From the NCBI GenBank assembly GCA_965153455.1, contig OZ234493.1, positions 17,660,213-17,724,212 of the forward strand: a stretch of 64,000 nucleotides of DNA. Reading direction: 5' to 3'. Below are positions 52,790 to 64,000 of the stretch, in pieces. A program made the translations under genes and the position numbers. Origin of the DNA: Sphagnum compactum (Eukaryota). A model generated the notes under the pieces. That model ran no database searches. It had not been told where the DNA came from and saw only the letters and a program-made list of their open reading frames with translations. Each line of letters opens with the position of its first letter. Position 1 is the first letter of the stretch.

Positions 52790-55700
52790 CATGATGAACA
52801 ACTATTTGGTATCTTGGCATCTTGTGCCATCATGAATTAGGGTTGCTTATCTTTTTTCATCCACATCCACAAAAAATGTTTGACACTAGTTTTGCATCAC
52901 ATGTGTCACCACTCCTTCCAAAAAATATATATGTCCCCATAAATCAACCATTAATTAGTAGAATGGTACAACTGCAAATCTCTTCTTGCATGTTCCCAAG
53001 TGGTGTTCTTTAATATCCTTGACAATGCAGATCCCATTGTCGTGATTTTTCTCTCGAGGACCCTTCCCATCTTTGTAGCCAACAAACATATAAAGTCTTC
53101 CCAACTGCACATCAAAGACTTTTGTTAGGCCTACGCATCTTGACTTTGTTATTTGATTCAAAACCATCAAAGGTCTACAACCCCTTATGAACAACATATA
53201 TATTCCTTTGTTTCTTCTAAGCATGTTCCACATTCTCAAGCAGTGATCTCTGCACAACAGCAATGAGTTACATCTTCTGAACTATTTGTTCTACCATCGC
53301 TTTTGGTCTTGCAGATTCATTAAAAACATCACAAAGCCCATTGAGGCTATTATCAATGGTTAATATGGGTGTACGTCCTGTCAACACCATAAAAGGTGAG
53401 TATTTTGTGTTGGCTTGAATACCACAACGATATCCAAAAATTATTTGAAGTAACAATAAGTCCCAACTACTTATATCTATAGCAGCCATGACTATCAAAC
53501 ATTGTTTAATAGTTTTCATGAGTTGTTCAACCATGCCATTACACTAAGGCCAAACATGAGCAAAAAACTAATGGGTGATGCCATAATTTTGGCATGTTTC
53601 AGCAAATTATTTCATCCACTCAATCCCATTATCTATTAAAATATACTTAGGTATCCCATATCTGCAAATCACTTCGTCTTCCAAAAATTTGGAAGTAGTG
53701 AGAGCATCATGCTCCTTTATAAGTTGAGCCTCACATCATTTGGAATAATGGTCAATTGCCACAAGCACATACTTATTACTAACAGTAGTCCCAAGTAATG
53801 GTCCACCAATATCAAAAGCAACATGATAGAACATATCACAAACTAGAATACTTTTCATTTCTTCAATACCAGATTTCATGTTCCTAGATTGTTTGGCCAT
53901 CTAACATTTTTCACAATTTTTGACAAATGTCTTGACAGACTCAATTTTATCATGCTAGAAAAATTGTTTATTTACCTCAGCCAATGTTCTCATCTCACCA
54001 AACTGCCCAATCTTTTGATGGACCTTCTTAATCAAGTTGTTCCTTTCTGCAGGTTTAAGAACTACCAGATTTTGAAAAAATAGATTGTCTTCTAACTAAT
54101 GATATCGCATTACTTGCCTCTTAGCCCTATTTATGTTGGCATCATCATAAACATCAGCTTCCAACTATTCACCAGTGAGTAGCAACATTATTATTTTGTC
54201 TTCCCAAATGTCCATTTGCTTCAACTACTCATCTTGACACAACTCAACAATTCCAAGGCCTTTGCCTTTCTATTTATATTTGGCCTAATCCACCATAGTT
54301 TGCGCTTCAACAACCATCCTTTGATAGTCTTCATGGTTCATTTGTTACAATTCTTCCTCTGACAAATAGTCTACAATTTGTTCTTCATCCCCCACTTGAT
54401 CTAATTCCTCATCAATTACTTCTTTGTCAACAAGTTGTAGGGTAAGCAAATTAATGACAACCTCATTATGAGAATTCTCACCAAAATGTGGTGATGCAGT
54501 TTTTGCTCGGGCTTCATGCTTCATTACATCACATCCAAAATCTTATCCTCCTATGTTGTATTAACTAGGTTTTTGCTCAATGCATCAATGTTCAAATGCC
54601 AACTATCGATTCAGTGAACAATTTTAAATTGAAAATCTTTTAACATGGCAATCCAGCGCCCTCTTCAACCATATGCATCTAAGACCATAGCTAACCACTC
54701 TAATGGCTTATGATCTGTTCGTAATAAAAATGGAATTTGGTGGAGATATTGCCTAAAATGCATTATGCCCCAAATAAGAACGTAATATTCTCCTTCCATA
54801 GGGTGATAGCGATGTTGTATAGGTGATAAACCCTTATTGGCATAGGCAATGACCTGTTTATGTTTTCTAATTTTTTGTGACAGTATAGTTCCCACACCTT
54901 GTATTGACCAATCCACATTTAGAGTGAATGGCTTATTAAAATCTGGTCTGATCAAAATGGGTGCTTCCATTAGTTTCATCTTTAATGCAACAAAAGCCGC
55001 TTGACAAATGGGTGTTTAAACAAACTTGCAATCCTTTTTCGTTAAAGCAAAAAATGGTTCTACAATTTTTGCATACCCTATAATAAACCTTCTATAATAT
55101 CCTGTTAGTCCCTAGAATGCCCTGACATTAATCATAATCTTAGGTGTAGGGAAATCTATAATTGTTGTTACCTTCTTGGGATCTGGTTGAAACCCAATAC
55201 AATTCACCACATGTCCCTAGAAAGTATGTTTTTAGATCCAAAGCAGCATTTCCTTGGGTTTAGTTTGATATTCACCTCTACCGACTTCTGTAGAACCAGT
55301 TGGATATGATGCAACTGTTCAACCCATGTGTTGTTATGTATGTTAACATCATCAACAAACACTTTCAAGAATTGACTAATCCATTCTTTGAAAATATTAG
55401 CCATAATACACAAGAATGTGCTTGTGGTGTTCTTTAGCCCAAAGGGCATCACGTTCCATTCATACAAACTAGATTTGGTGATCACAACTGGGTATCTACC
55501 AAAAGATTGACTGTAAATCTAGTGCAGAAAACCATTTAGAGCTTCCCAGTTGATTCATAACATCCTTAATTAAAGGCATGGGAAAAGAATCCCATCTTAT
55601 TTAAAAATTCAATGGGTTATAATCCCCACAAAACCTTTGGCTACCATCTTTCTTGATTGGTAAAGTAACTTGACATGCATACTCAGATGTGTTCTTGTGC

Positions 55701-58140
55701 ATTTTCCCCAAATCCATTAATGCATGTATTTACTTATTGACCTTTGTTTCTTCCCAATATGATAATTTTCTAATATTCATTCGGCAAAGAGGTAGTCCTT
55801 GTGTGTCAATGGAATGTTCTCCCACAAAACATTGTCCCAGTTCACCTTTATGCCATGCAAACACCCCTTGAAATTCCTCCAATAAATCCCACAATTGTTT
55901 TTGTTGTACCTCATCCAAAAATTTGTCCAACTTTATTGTGGCTTTGATGTGGCTCCACCTGTTTTCTTCCCTTATAAGCTCATTAGTAAGTTGAACATGA
56001 TACTAATGAATATTTGGTTCAGTGTTGTGATTTAATTTTTTTGTGCATCTGATCATCTTACTACACATTTAAGTTAATCTACATAGTCATCATCTTCAGT
56101 CAACTACCCCTCCAAAATGTCCTGATGTTGTTCTTGCAGAGTAGGTTCAAAATTTGCATGGGTGCCTCCTTATCAATAACCAGATCCAACCATGGTCTCT
56201 TAATTCTTCTATCTAGTTTTCCAAATTATGTAAGATCCTCTGCGGGCCATCTTTTGCTTTTGCTTGAGATTCCATCATCTGCTCCTGCTTGAGATTCCAT
56301 CATCTCACCGTTAAAAGATGCCTCATCATGCAAACCATCAGGGTTTGTTGATTGATTTAGATTTGTCTAGTCAATCAATATTATCTGTTCCATCTTCATA
56401 TTGAGTAATTCACTATTGGCTTTTCTTCTGCCAACCTTTCCATCATTTGCAATATGTTCACCACATTCAAAGGCAACACCTCTACCTTCATCCGTGGTCC
56501 ATTGCACACCTATATGATGCCTTTCTTTACATTAGCAACTGCTCTGATTTTCATAAGAAAATCCAAACCCAATAACAAATCATAATTGTCTATATTAACA
56601 ACCAAAAACACCATTTAACAAGTGATTCCCCCAACTTTAACTATAAGATCAGTAATTATCCCAAGTGCTTGGGTCACAATCCCAAAAGCAGTCTTGTAAG
56701 TTTCATGGCCAGTCATGAAGTGCATGATGTCGAGTTCTCCCACCATGTTAGCTGCCATGATTGACATGGATGTTCCTGTATTTATTAGACCTTTAATCAG
56801 GGCTTGATTGATTTCCACTCCCAAATGAAGTGTCTTGCTTTAATGCATCATGTTGACATTCACTTTCCTAATTGTAGGGGTTTGATGAACAATGGTTATT
56901 TGGTTGTTGTGGTTTTCAACGTCTTTCCTCTTCCTTGTTAGTTTTACAAGTCCTTTCAAGTATTCCAACTCCCCTGGAATAATGAGTATAGTTTCCATAG
57001 GAGGCAAAGAGATTTTCCTGTTGATGAAATGTGATAGTGTTTTAGGTTTAATTGAAACCTCAATTCCAATATTCGCCTCCATGTTCTTCTTTTGTTAACC
57101 CCTCCTGTCGCACTTTTGCGTATTAACAAACACAGGTAATCTCCTCTTTGGGATTCTGATCCTAGAAAACACATTCTGAAAATGCGGTTTTACTATGACA
57201 GAGTTGTTTTTTCATCATTAACCAAGATTTCAAGAAAGTTTGTGGTGGTTGCAGGACCCTTTGCAAACTTTTTCTAGCACCTATTTTCTATGTGTCCTAG
57301 ACCAAAACAAAAGGAACACTGAAGACCGCAATTTTTAATCTTATGCCCACCCCCCCCCCCCCCCCCACACTTGGCACATTTTGACCTTATGTCAATCACT
57401 TTAGGGCATGTTGAGGCCACATGTTCTTCTGACCGGCAAAGTGAGAATAGTTGCTGTTGGTAAAAAAAAATACTAGATCTTGCCTTGCCATCACTTCCTT
57501 TTCTAAATAAGTTAATTAAAGTTTCATTTAAAGCCAACATTTGTCGGCCTGTAGTAGATTCTCCATATGCCATTTCATCCTACATTTCGCTCATAGGTTC
57601 ATACGAAGTTTCCCTGAGTTCCCCAAATATTTATTCAATTTTAGCAGTTGCAACAATAGTTTCGTCAATGTCAATGTAGATCTTGACAACATATAATTTC
57701 TGAATTTCTAGCCTCAACTTAGCCAAGAACCTTCAATGTTGTTTTGCATCTTGGATTTGTCCTCGCTGAAAAAGTTTATCCAACCTCTCATATTAAATCT
57801 ACACCCTCTCCTTGGGCTCCTATTTGATAACATCCAACTTGATGTGGATGTCATCAACGTCTATGTTGTCATACTTTTACACTATCCAGGTGTGCAACTC
57901 AGTCCAATCAAGTAGAGTCGAATTCAATTTTTTGAACCACTTTTTGGCTCTACATCTTATGTTTAACTTGGCAATCTTAAAGAACTTGTCAGCATTTAGA
58001 TCTTTAACCTCTGCTGCCATGGTTAACCATTCTGCCCAATCATTCACATCTTCATGATCACGCCCCCAAAACAACTTGTCCATACCCTATAGACTCGTCA
58101 TTGGAAGTCAATTGCTTTATGACTTAAAGGATTATCTATT
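52790..58140 (-). mobile_element. Degenerate Ty3/Gypsy LTR retrotransposon gag-pol
   Basis: Minus-strand domain order is gag (FWGRDHEDVNDWAE, 58083-57877), CCHC knuckle (CSFCFGLGHIENRC, ~57300), protease (LINTGTSMSI, ~56780), RT (YEWNVMPFGLKN, VFVDDVNIH, 55485-55204), RNase H (APILIRPDFNKPFTLNVDWS..TDHKPL, 54979-54665), integrase (VAIDHYS, WDLLL..FGYR..TKYSPF, 54100-53270). RT-RH-INT order defines Ty3/Gypsy. Many stops and frameshifts; LTRs not resolved. Confidence 0.93.
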
Positions 58141-61100
58141 TTAAGTCCTCAACTGCATGAACCTCCTCTTCCTTCTCAAAGTCTACTTTTTTTTGTTGTT
58201 GTCAATTTTGATACTATAATTTGCGTCACTCCTTTTTACATACCTCCAACACAATCTACCATAGAAGTCCCTAACATACATCTAACATATTCGTGTCTAC
58301 CCCCTTGTAATTGGATTGAAGGATTCACATAAAACATTCCAATCAAGACCACACAATTGTGGGATTTTTCTTGTTCCATGTGTAGTTTTGCAATTCAATC
58401 TTATGGAATTCATCAAGAAGGAATGCATCTGACACTCCTAATGGCATGACCAATTTGTTCCATTCATTCATTTCTCTCCACCCCATTGTTGAGCATAAAA
58501 AATCTTGGTTGGACTATCTTTAGGTCATTCCACCATATTGTAATCTCCTAAAATTATCCAATTTGTTGCAAGAAATGAACACTGAAGATGAACTCTTTGG
58601 GTAGATTTATTGTTTGCATAAATGTTGAAAATACCATACCATTGGCCATGAAACTCAAGGATGATGAATTGAGCACAAGCTTCTCTGAGCACTCTTGAAT
58701 CCACTACATGTGGGGCTAACTTTTGTGAAACTAAAATATAGGTTCATCCTTTAAATCTATCTCCTTGATTGTGTATAATGCATTTTTTTAGTAATTCAAA
58801 CCACCTCTAAATTGAACTTGTTTTGTCTTGTGTAACCAATCTTCCAAGTTCATATGGTGTTTTTGCAAAAGAATGATCTTTGAACAAGGGAAAAAACCTT
58901 GTATTTCACACTATTTACAAACCTTTTGAATTTTTGGCTTAAGATGTGACAATTCAAAGAGGTTATACTCAATTGTTCAATCTTCATAAAAGATCAATAG
59001 GTTTGGTTAATAGTTTGAAGGAGTGTCCTTCAAGGTTTGCTAACTCCTAAAATGCATGTAGGTCCCTTTTTCTTTTGGTTTTGGGCTTAGGAGGAGGAGG
59101 GTCCTAATCAACCAATTCATCTTCAAACAATTAAACAAGTTTGAAGATAAATGTCTTCAACAAAATTCGCATTCCCCATTTATGATGTTCACAACAAGAT
59201 TTGGCAAATTTCCTTGGTAATGGAATCCTAAATGTAATTCTGGGGCTTATGGAGAAGTAGGTTAACTGTTTTAATGGGAATAAAAACAAGGCAAATATAG
59301 TGACTAGTTTTTGCATCTATGTTTACACACCTATACTACCATATTACATCTTCCCATTTCTTCAAAGTGTTGTTATGACTAAGAGCATTCACCACTACAT
59401 CTCAGAATGTGAATGAGGTTTCATTGACCATTAATTCCATTGCTTCCTCCTTAGTCCAAGCTACTATGCTTTCCACAATAGTTAATTGGGTTTTAGTTGA
59501 AATCACTCTAGGTTGGATAAGACTTCTTCCCCTTTCCATAAGATTCAAATTCTAAGGAAATGAAAACAAGGAAAATTTGACATCTCCTTGTTTTTGTGTT
59601 AAAGGGGTTTGGAACCCAACAACTTCCCAAAAAAATATGAAAGTTTTGTTTTGTGATAATTTTGTGCTTTTGTTACCTTTGAACATCCAGAATCATTGCA
59701 CTTGAAACTAAAGAGAAGTGTCTCTTTGCCTATCAAATTTCTAAACAAATTCAAATATTTCCCCTTCTAGAGTGTCATCTTTCATGGAATGAGATGCACT
59801 AGCAACTTCTAAAGTAGCAGATATTAACTTAAAGGCCTTAATTGGGGGTGATGACTTCTTGAAAATTGTTTGTTGAATTATTAGATGATCTTCTATTGGA
59901 AGCGATGCTAATGATTTCACCATATTTGATGAAAGTAAAACTTTTACATAATTTCAATCAAAACTCTATGCAAGTTTGGTTTCATTAGTGTGAGAATGCG
60001 TGTGAGAGGCAAGCTCTTTTAATCCATGTGCTTATCTATTTTTCTCTTCACAAAATTTTAATTGTAAGAAAAATTCAAAATAGATGACCAATTAGCATAA
60101 TTTTAAAAAATCACTTTAAAAAAAAAGGATTGAACTTTTTAAAGAAATATATTGAAAGGACGCAATTCTTGGAATTTTTAAATGTGGGTATTAATAACAA
60201 AATCTTGTGTGCAAAACACATATATTTTCCAATTGAAACTTTTGTGATTAATAAAAAAATGAAAACTTTGGAAAATATTTTTATTACATATAATCTTATG
60301 GAACTTGTGATTTGTAAGGGTCTTTAGTCAAGATGCACCTTGACCGAATGTAAAACAAAAACATTTTTTTTCCTTACACCATATAGGAGTCAAGGGGGTA
60401 TGATGGGTCATTTGAAATTGTCGGAACCTAGGGGCTTCCGGGAATGTCCCAAGGAGAGAACCATTCCACAACCCAATCCCCTCTGCAGATACTTGAAGAA
60501 GTTGTTTCAAAGTGTCTACCTTTCAAGAAAAAAAAGAAGGGAAGAAACACTCTAGTTTTTGTCGGTACCAGTCTTTGTCTCTTTGAAGAGAGGCTACCTC
60601 CATACTGATCAGGCGATTAGGGGCTGAGAACGGCCAGTTTCGGCATAATAAGGCATCAAATCCTTAACTAGGAATGAAATTTTACGAAACGAAATAATTG
60701 GGACCCAAACTAGTTTTTCCACCAATTTTGGTGGTAAACTGAGTTTCATCTCCTCTTTCCTTTTTCCTGAGCGCCTCCATTTGCTGCTACATATATTCAT
60801 ATATATTTTCACTGCTCCTAACTGTACAACTATGTACTCTAATTATTCTCGAACCTTGTGCATTAAATGCTGAGTTTCGCATTTCGTTCTGATATTTAAT
60901 AAAATTCACTTACTTTGCGGTATACCACTGAAAGAGGTGATAGGGGTGAAAGAGAGGGTGAATTAGGGATAGCTTTTTAATTGTCCTTGCTTGGTTTCCA
61001 TGGCAAGCTATTTGCATACCCTTTTCTTTTTTAAATAAATAAATTGGGCTGCATGATTTATAAAATCCCAACCAAATCCTCACCTCCTATTGGCACAAAT

Positions 61101-61601
61101 CTGCAAATATTTTGTTGGGAGCCAATAAGAGCTCACCCCATATGAACAAAAAAGGACTCCTGGATTTTTATTTTTTTAATGGGAAAACCATTGGGTCTAG
61201 TAGCCTAGGGTACCACCCTTTTCATAGAGTTTTTTCTCCCTTATGACGACTTTCCGAATGCTTGCTTTCTCAACCATGCCGAGGGGAAACTTGGAGCTTG
61301 TTGGTAATACATTACACCAAAACTAAAGTCTACATTATATCACTAAAGTCTTAAGGTAAGGAGCAAGATTCAAAAACCCCCTGGAAATTGAGGGACACGT
61401 GCGCAAGGTAAGGTAGTTGCAAGCTTGTAAATTCAATCATTTGCAATATTGCAACTAACATTTATAAAATATTATGTGTTGTTGTTGTTGTTTTAAATTG
61501 GAGGATAAATGGAGCTCTAAAATCCTTTTATTACACATTTGTAAAAAAATTCACCAATTTTTCACTAATTTAAGCACAAATATTCAACATCCAATTTCCA
61601 T

Positions 61602-63824
61602 CTAATCTTTGGGGAGGAGAGGTTCCTTCTTGGTTAAAGTTGCCTTGAAGGCTTTTTGGATGAAGTTGAGGTCCGTGACATAATCACCCACTGAATCTAA
61701 TTGCTTCAATGGCTTGTCATATGGTGGACGGCTAATGACCGATACTTTATCAATTCGGTGAAACAAATTTTCTGCAGCCATGCAAATCTAATCTAGGCAC
61801 GCATAAAAGAAATGATTAGTCTTATGGAAATATGACTTTTTCAAATTAAAATTAAAATTATATTTAAAAATGTTTTACAATTTCATTCAAAGGATTAACA
61901 TATTTCATCATGGATTCTCTCAATTTTGGATTGGCAAAATAACACACCTGGCTTCGAGCAAGGGTTTTTGCAGCTGCAAGATGAAGAACAGAATCAATTT
62001 GGAGTTGCAATTCCTCGGTTTCCATTTTCTTTTTCTCGTATGCTTGCTTTGTCACACTTACATCGTTGTGAAGTGTGAGAATTTCATTCATGGTTGATTT
62101 GGTGTATTTTTGGAGTTGGGTTCTCAAGATCTCAATTTGGTCTCCGCAAACTTCAACATGTTTCTTCAAATCAAGGTGACTTGCTGCAAGTGTGGCATGC
62201 CTGAAAATCACATGATCTTGAAGGCCTATGAACAAAGTACATTGATGTACGTACCTATTGGAAACTTCATATGGAATTAAAAAAATTTAGCTCACAATAA
62301 CCTAAAAAATTGAAGACCTCACATGATTTTATAACCAAAACTCTAGTCAATTGTGTTTTTTAACCACCATTTTAAAATTGGGTTTAAACATTTAATTTCC
62401 AAAGAGCCATAACACATGAGTTCAATTACAAATAATTCATGAAAAAAAATGTTATTTGTGTGGGCTTAATTTAGGGCAAACACTTCTCCATAAGATTGAT
62501 GACAAAAAAAAAGGATAACAATAAAAAAAATCACCGTAGAAGAAGGTCATTGATTTCATGATAAGCGGGTGCTGCTTCAACCACCGATTCCAAGTATTTT
62601 TGGTACAACATTAAGCGATCCAAATGGGCCAAAGTAATCCCTCTCAAGTCCTTCAATTTCTCCAAATTAGTCTCTAGATGTTCTATCTCCACCTCCTACA
62701 TGAATGCCAAATCCAAAAAGATTATTAACAATAAAACCCCAAAGTTTACATCTACATGAAAACCTTCAATCGAAATATGTATTTCCATCAAAATTCAAAA
62801 GATAAGAAGAAGGTAAACCTTTTCCATTCGCATGTGGATCTCATCAACTGACTTTTTCTCGGCTCTCTTCTTCTTGATGGCATTTTCCTACCCATGACAA
62901 AATACATTGTGTGAGAATAAGGAAGTTCATTAATTATGCAAAAAAAAATGTAAAATCAACATGGCTTTGGTGAATCCATAAACTTAGAAATTTTCTGAAA
63001 TTTTTTTACAATATTATTAAAATTTTGAATATGTTTTTGGCAAGACTTGGAAATTATTTATTATTTAGTTGGGTGGAAACATGAAGGCTTTTTAATGGGG
63101 CAATGAAACCTGTAGAAACTTGGAAAAACCAATTAGGGATTCTTGAAGACGAAGGTCCCTATCTCTCAATGCATCTTCTCGTTTCTGCAACACTTCTTCC
63201 TTCCTTTGTTTGCCCCCATTTACTTGTAATCAATCAATGATAATGATGACTAAACTTGAAATTTTAAAATTGTCATTGAGAATTTTTAATTTCTAGAGCT
63301 CTTTTAAGAAAACATGGTATAAAATAACAAAAAAGAACCTTGCAACAAGATTATTTTACACTAAAAAAATTGTTTTAAATGTTTGAAAAACTTCTAAGTT
63401 TCAAATATGTTGACCTTAGATTATTTCACATATCAAGAATGTTACATGACATTTGGGATTTGATAAGAAATTTTAACATATATCATCAACACTTACGATG
63501 AGTTCCCAAACCTTCTTCAACAACATACATTAGAAAAAATTCTAAAGTAAAATATGAAAAGAAAACTTACAATGCACATTCCACTTTTTGGCGTTCCAAT
63601 TCATCATGCACTAAGTACATGAGACGCCGTTTCTCTAACAAGCGTGTTGCCGGCAATGCCTTGTCTAATTGTCCAGGTCCTACAGGTATGACCACAATAG
63701 GCGATGTGGTTTCGAGCTCCCCTACTATTCCTGTTGATGCGATTGTTGTTGTTGTTGATGCTCCTCCTCCACCAGCTACAGAGCTTGCAAGCATTGCAAC
63801 TTGTGGTACAACTATTGTTGCCAT
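61602..63824 (-). CDS. CFAP73: Cilia/flagella-associated coiled-coil protein, CCDC42/CFAP73 (DUF4200) family; 6 exons, ~338 aa
   Basis: Exons (minus) 63824-63571, 63203-63110, 62887-62819, 62695-62535, 62200-61948 and 61787-61602 give a 1017-nt open frame. Family motifs recognised: PATRLLEKRR.M..V...LE.QK, LQESLIGFSKFLQEN..KK.RA.KK, YQKYLESVV....YHEINDLLLRHATL, ICMAAENLF, PLKQLDSVGDYVTDL. Confidence 0.88.
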
Positions 63825-64000
63825 GGTGTGTCTTTTGTTTCATGAAATTAAGGTTTGTGCACCCTTCACTAAAACTAGAGAAACATTTATGCAAATTTGT
63901 TTGCACCTTAATAATTGTATGGTTTGAAAATGTATATCGAAACAATGTTAGGGTTTGTGCACCCTTCATTAGAAATCAAATAAGCTCGAAAGTTCAGGTT

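Noticed and set aside
60420..60960. Possible LTR fragment(s) beginning TGTCGG
   Set aside because: No matching second LTR, PBS or TSD could be identified, and I see no similarity to the 51846-52780 flank of the Gypsy element.

Overview
AT-rich eukaryotic (land-plant) nuclear DNA with spliceosomal GT-AG introns and plant TTTAGGG telobox motifs. A flagellar gene points to a flagellated-sperm lineage, and the composition is moss-like (possibly Sphagnum; inference). Four intact multi-exon genes could be spliced by hand into uninterrupted frames: mitochondrial LpxD acyltransferase (+, 2605-5601), a heavy-metal-associated (HMA) domain protein with a Lys/Glu-rich tail and no CaaX motif (+, 23909-25862), an ankyrin-repeat Raf-like/integrin-linked kinase (-, 45130-48935) and a CCDC42/CFAP73-like flagellar coiled-coil protein (-, 61602-63824). 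Between them lie a degenerate L1-type LINE, a degenerate Ty3/Gypsy element, probable DNA-transposon remnants, SINE-like repeats, several tandem repeats and an unidentified decayed coding-like block (39.3-42.3 kb). The most interesting non-coding signal is a near-perfect 105-nt hairpin at 16192-16296. It lies downstream (minus strand) of a TATA box, a CT-rich leader and a G-quadruplex-forming tandem array, which is the layout of a candidate MIRNA gene. All exon boundaries are manual and unconfirmed by transcript data.
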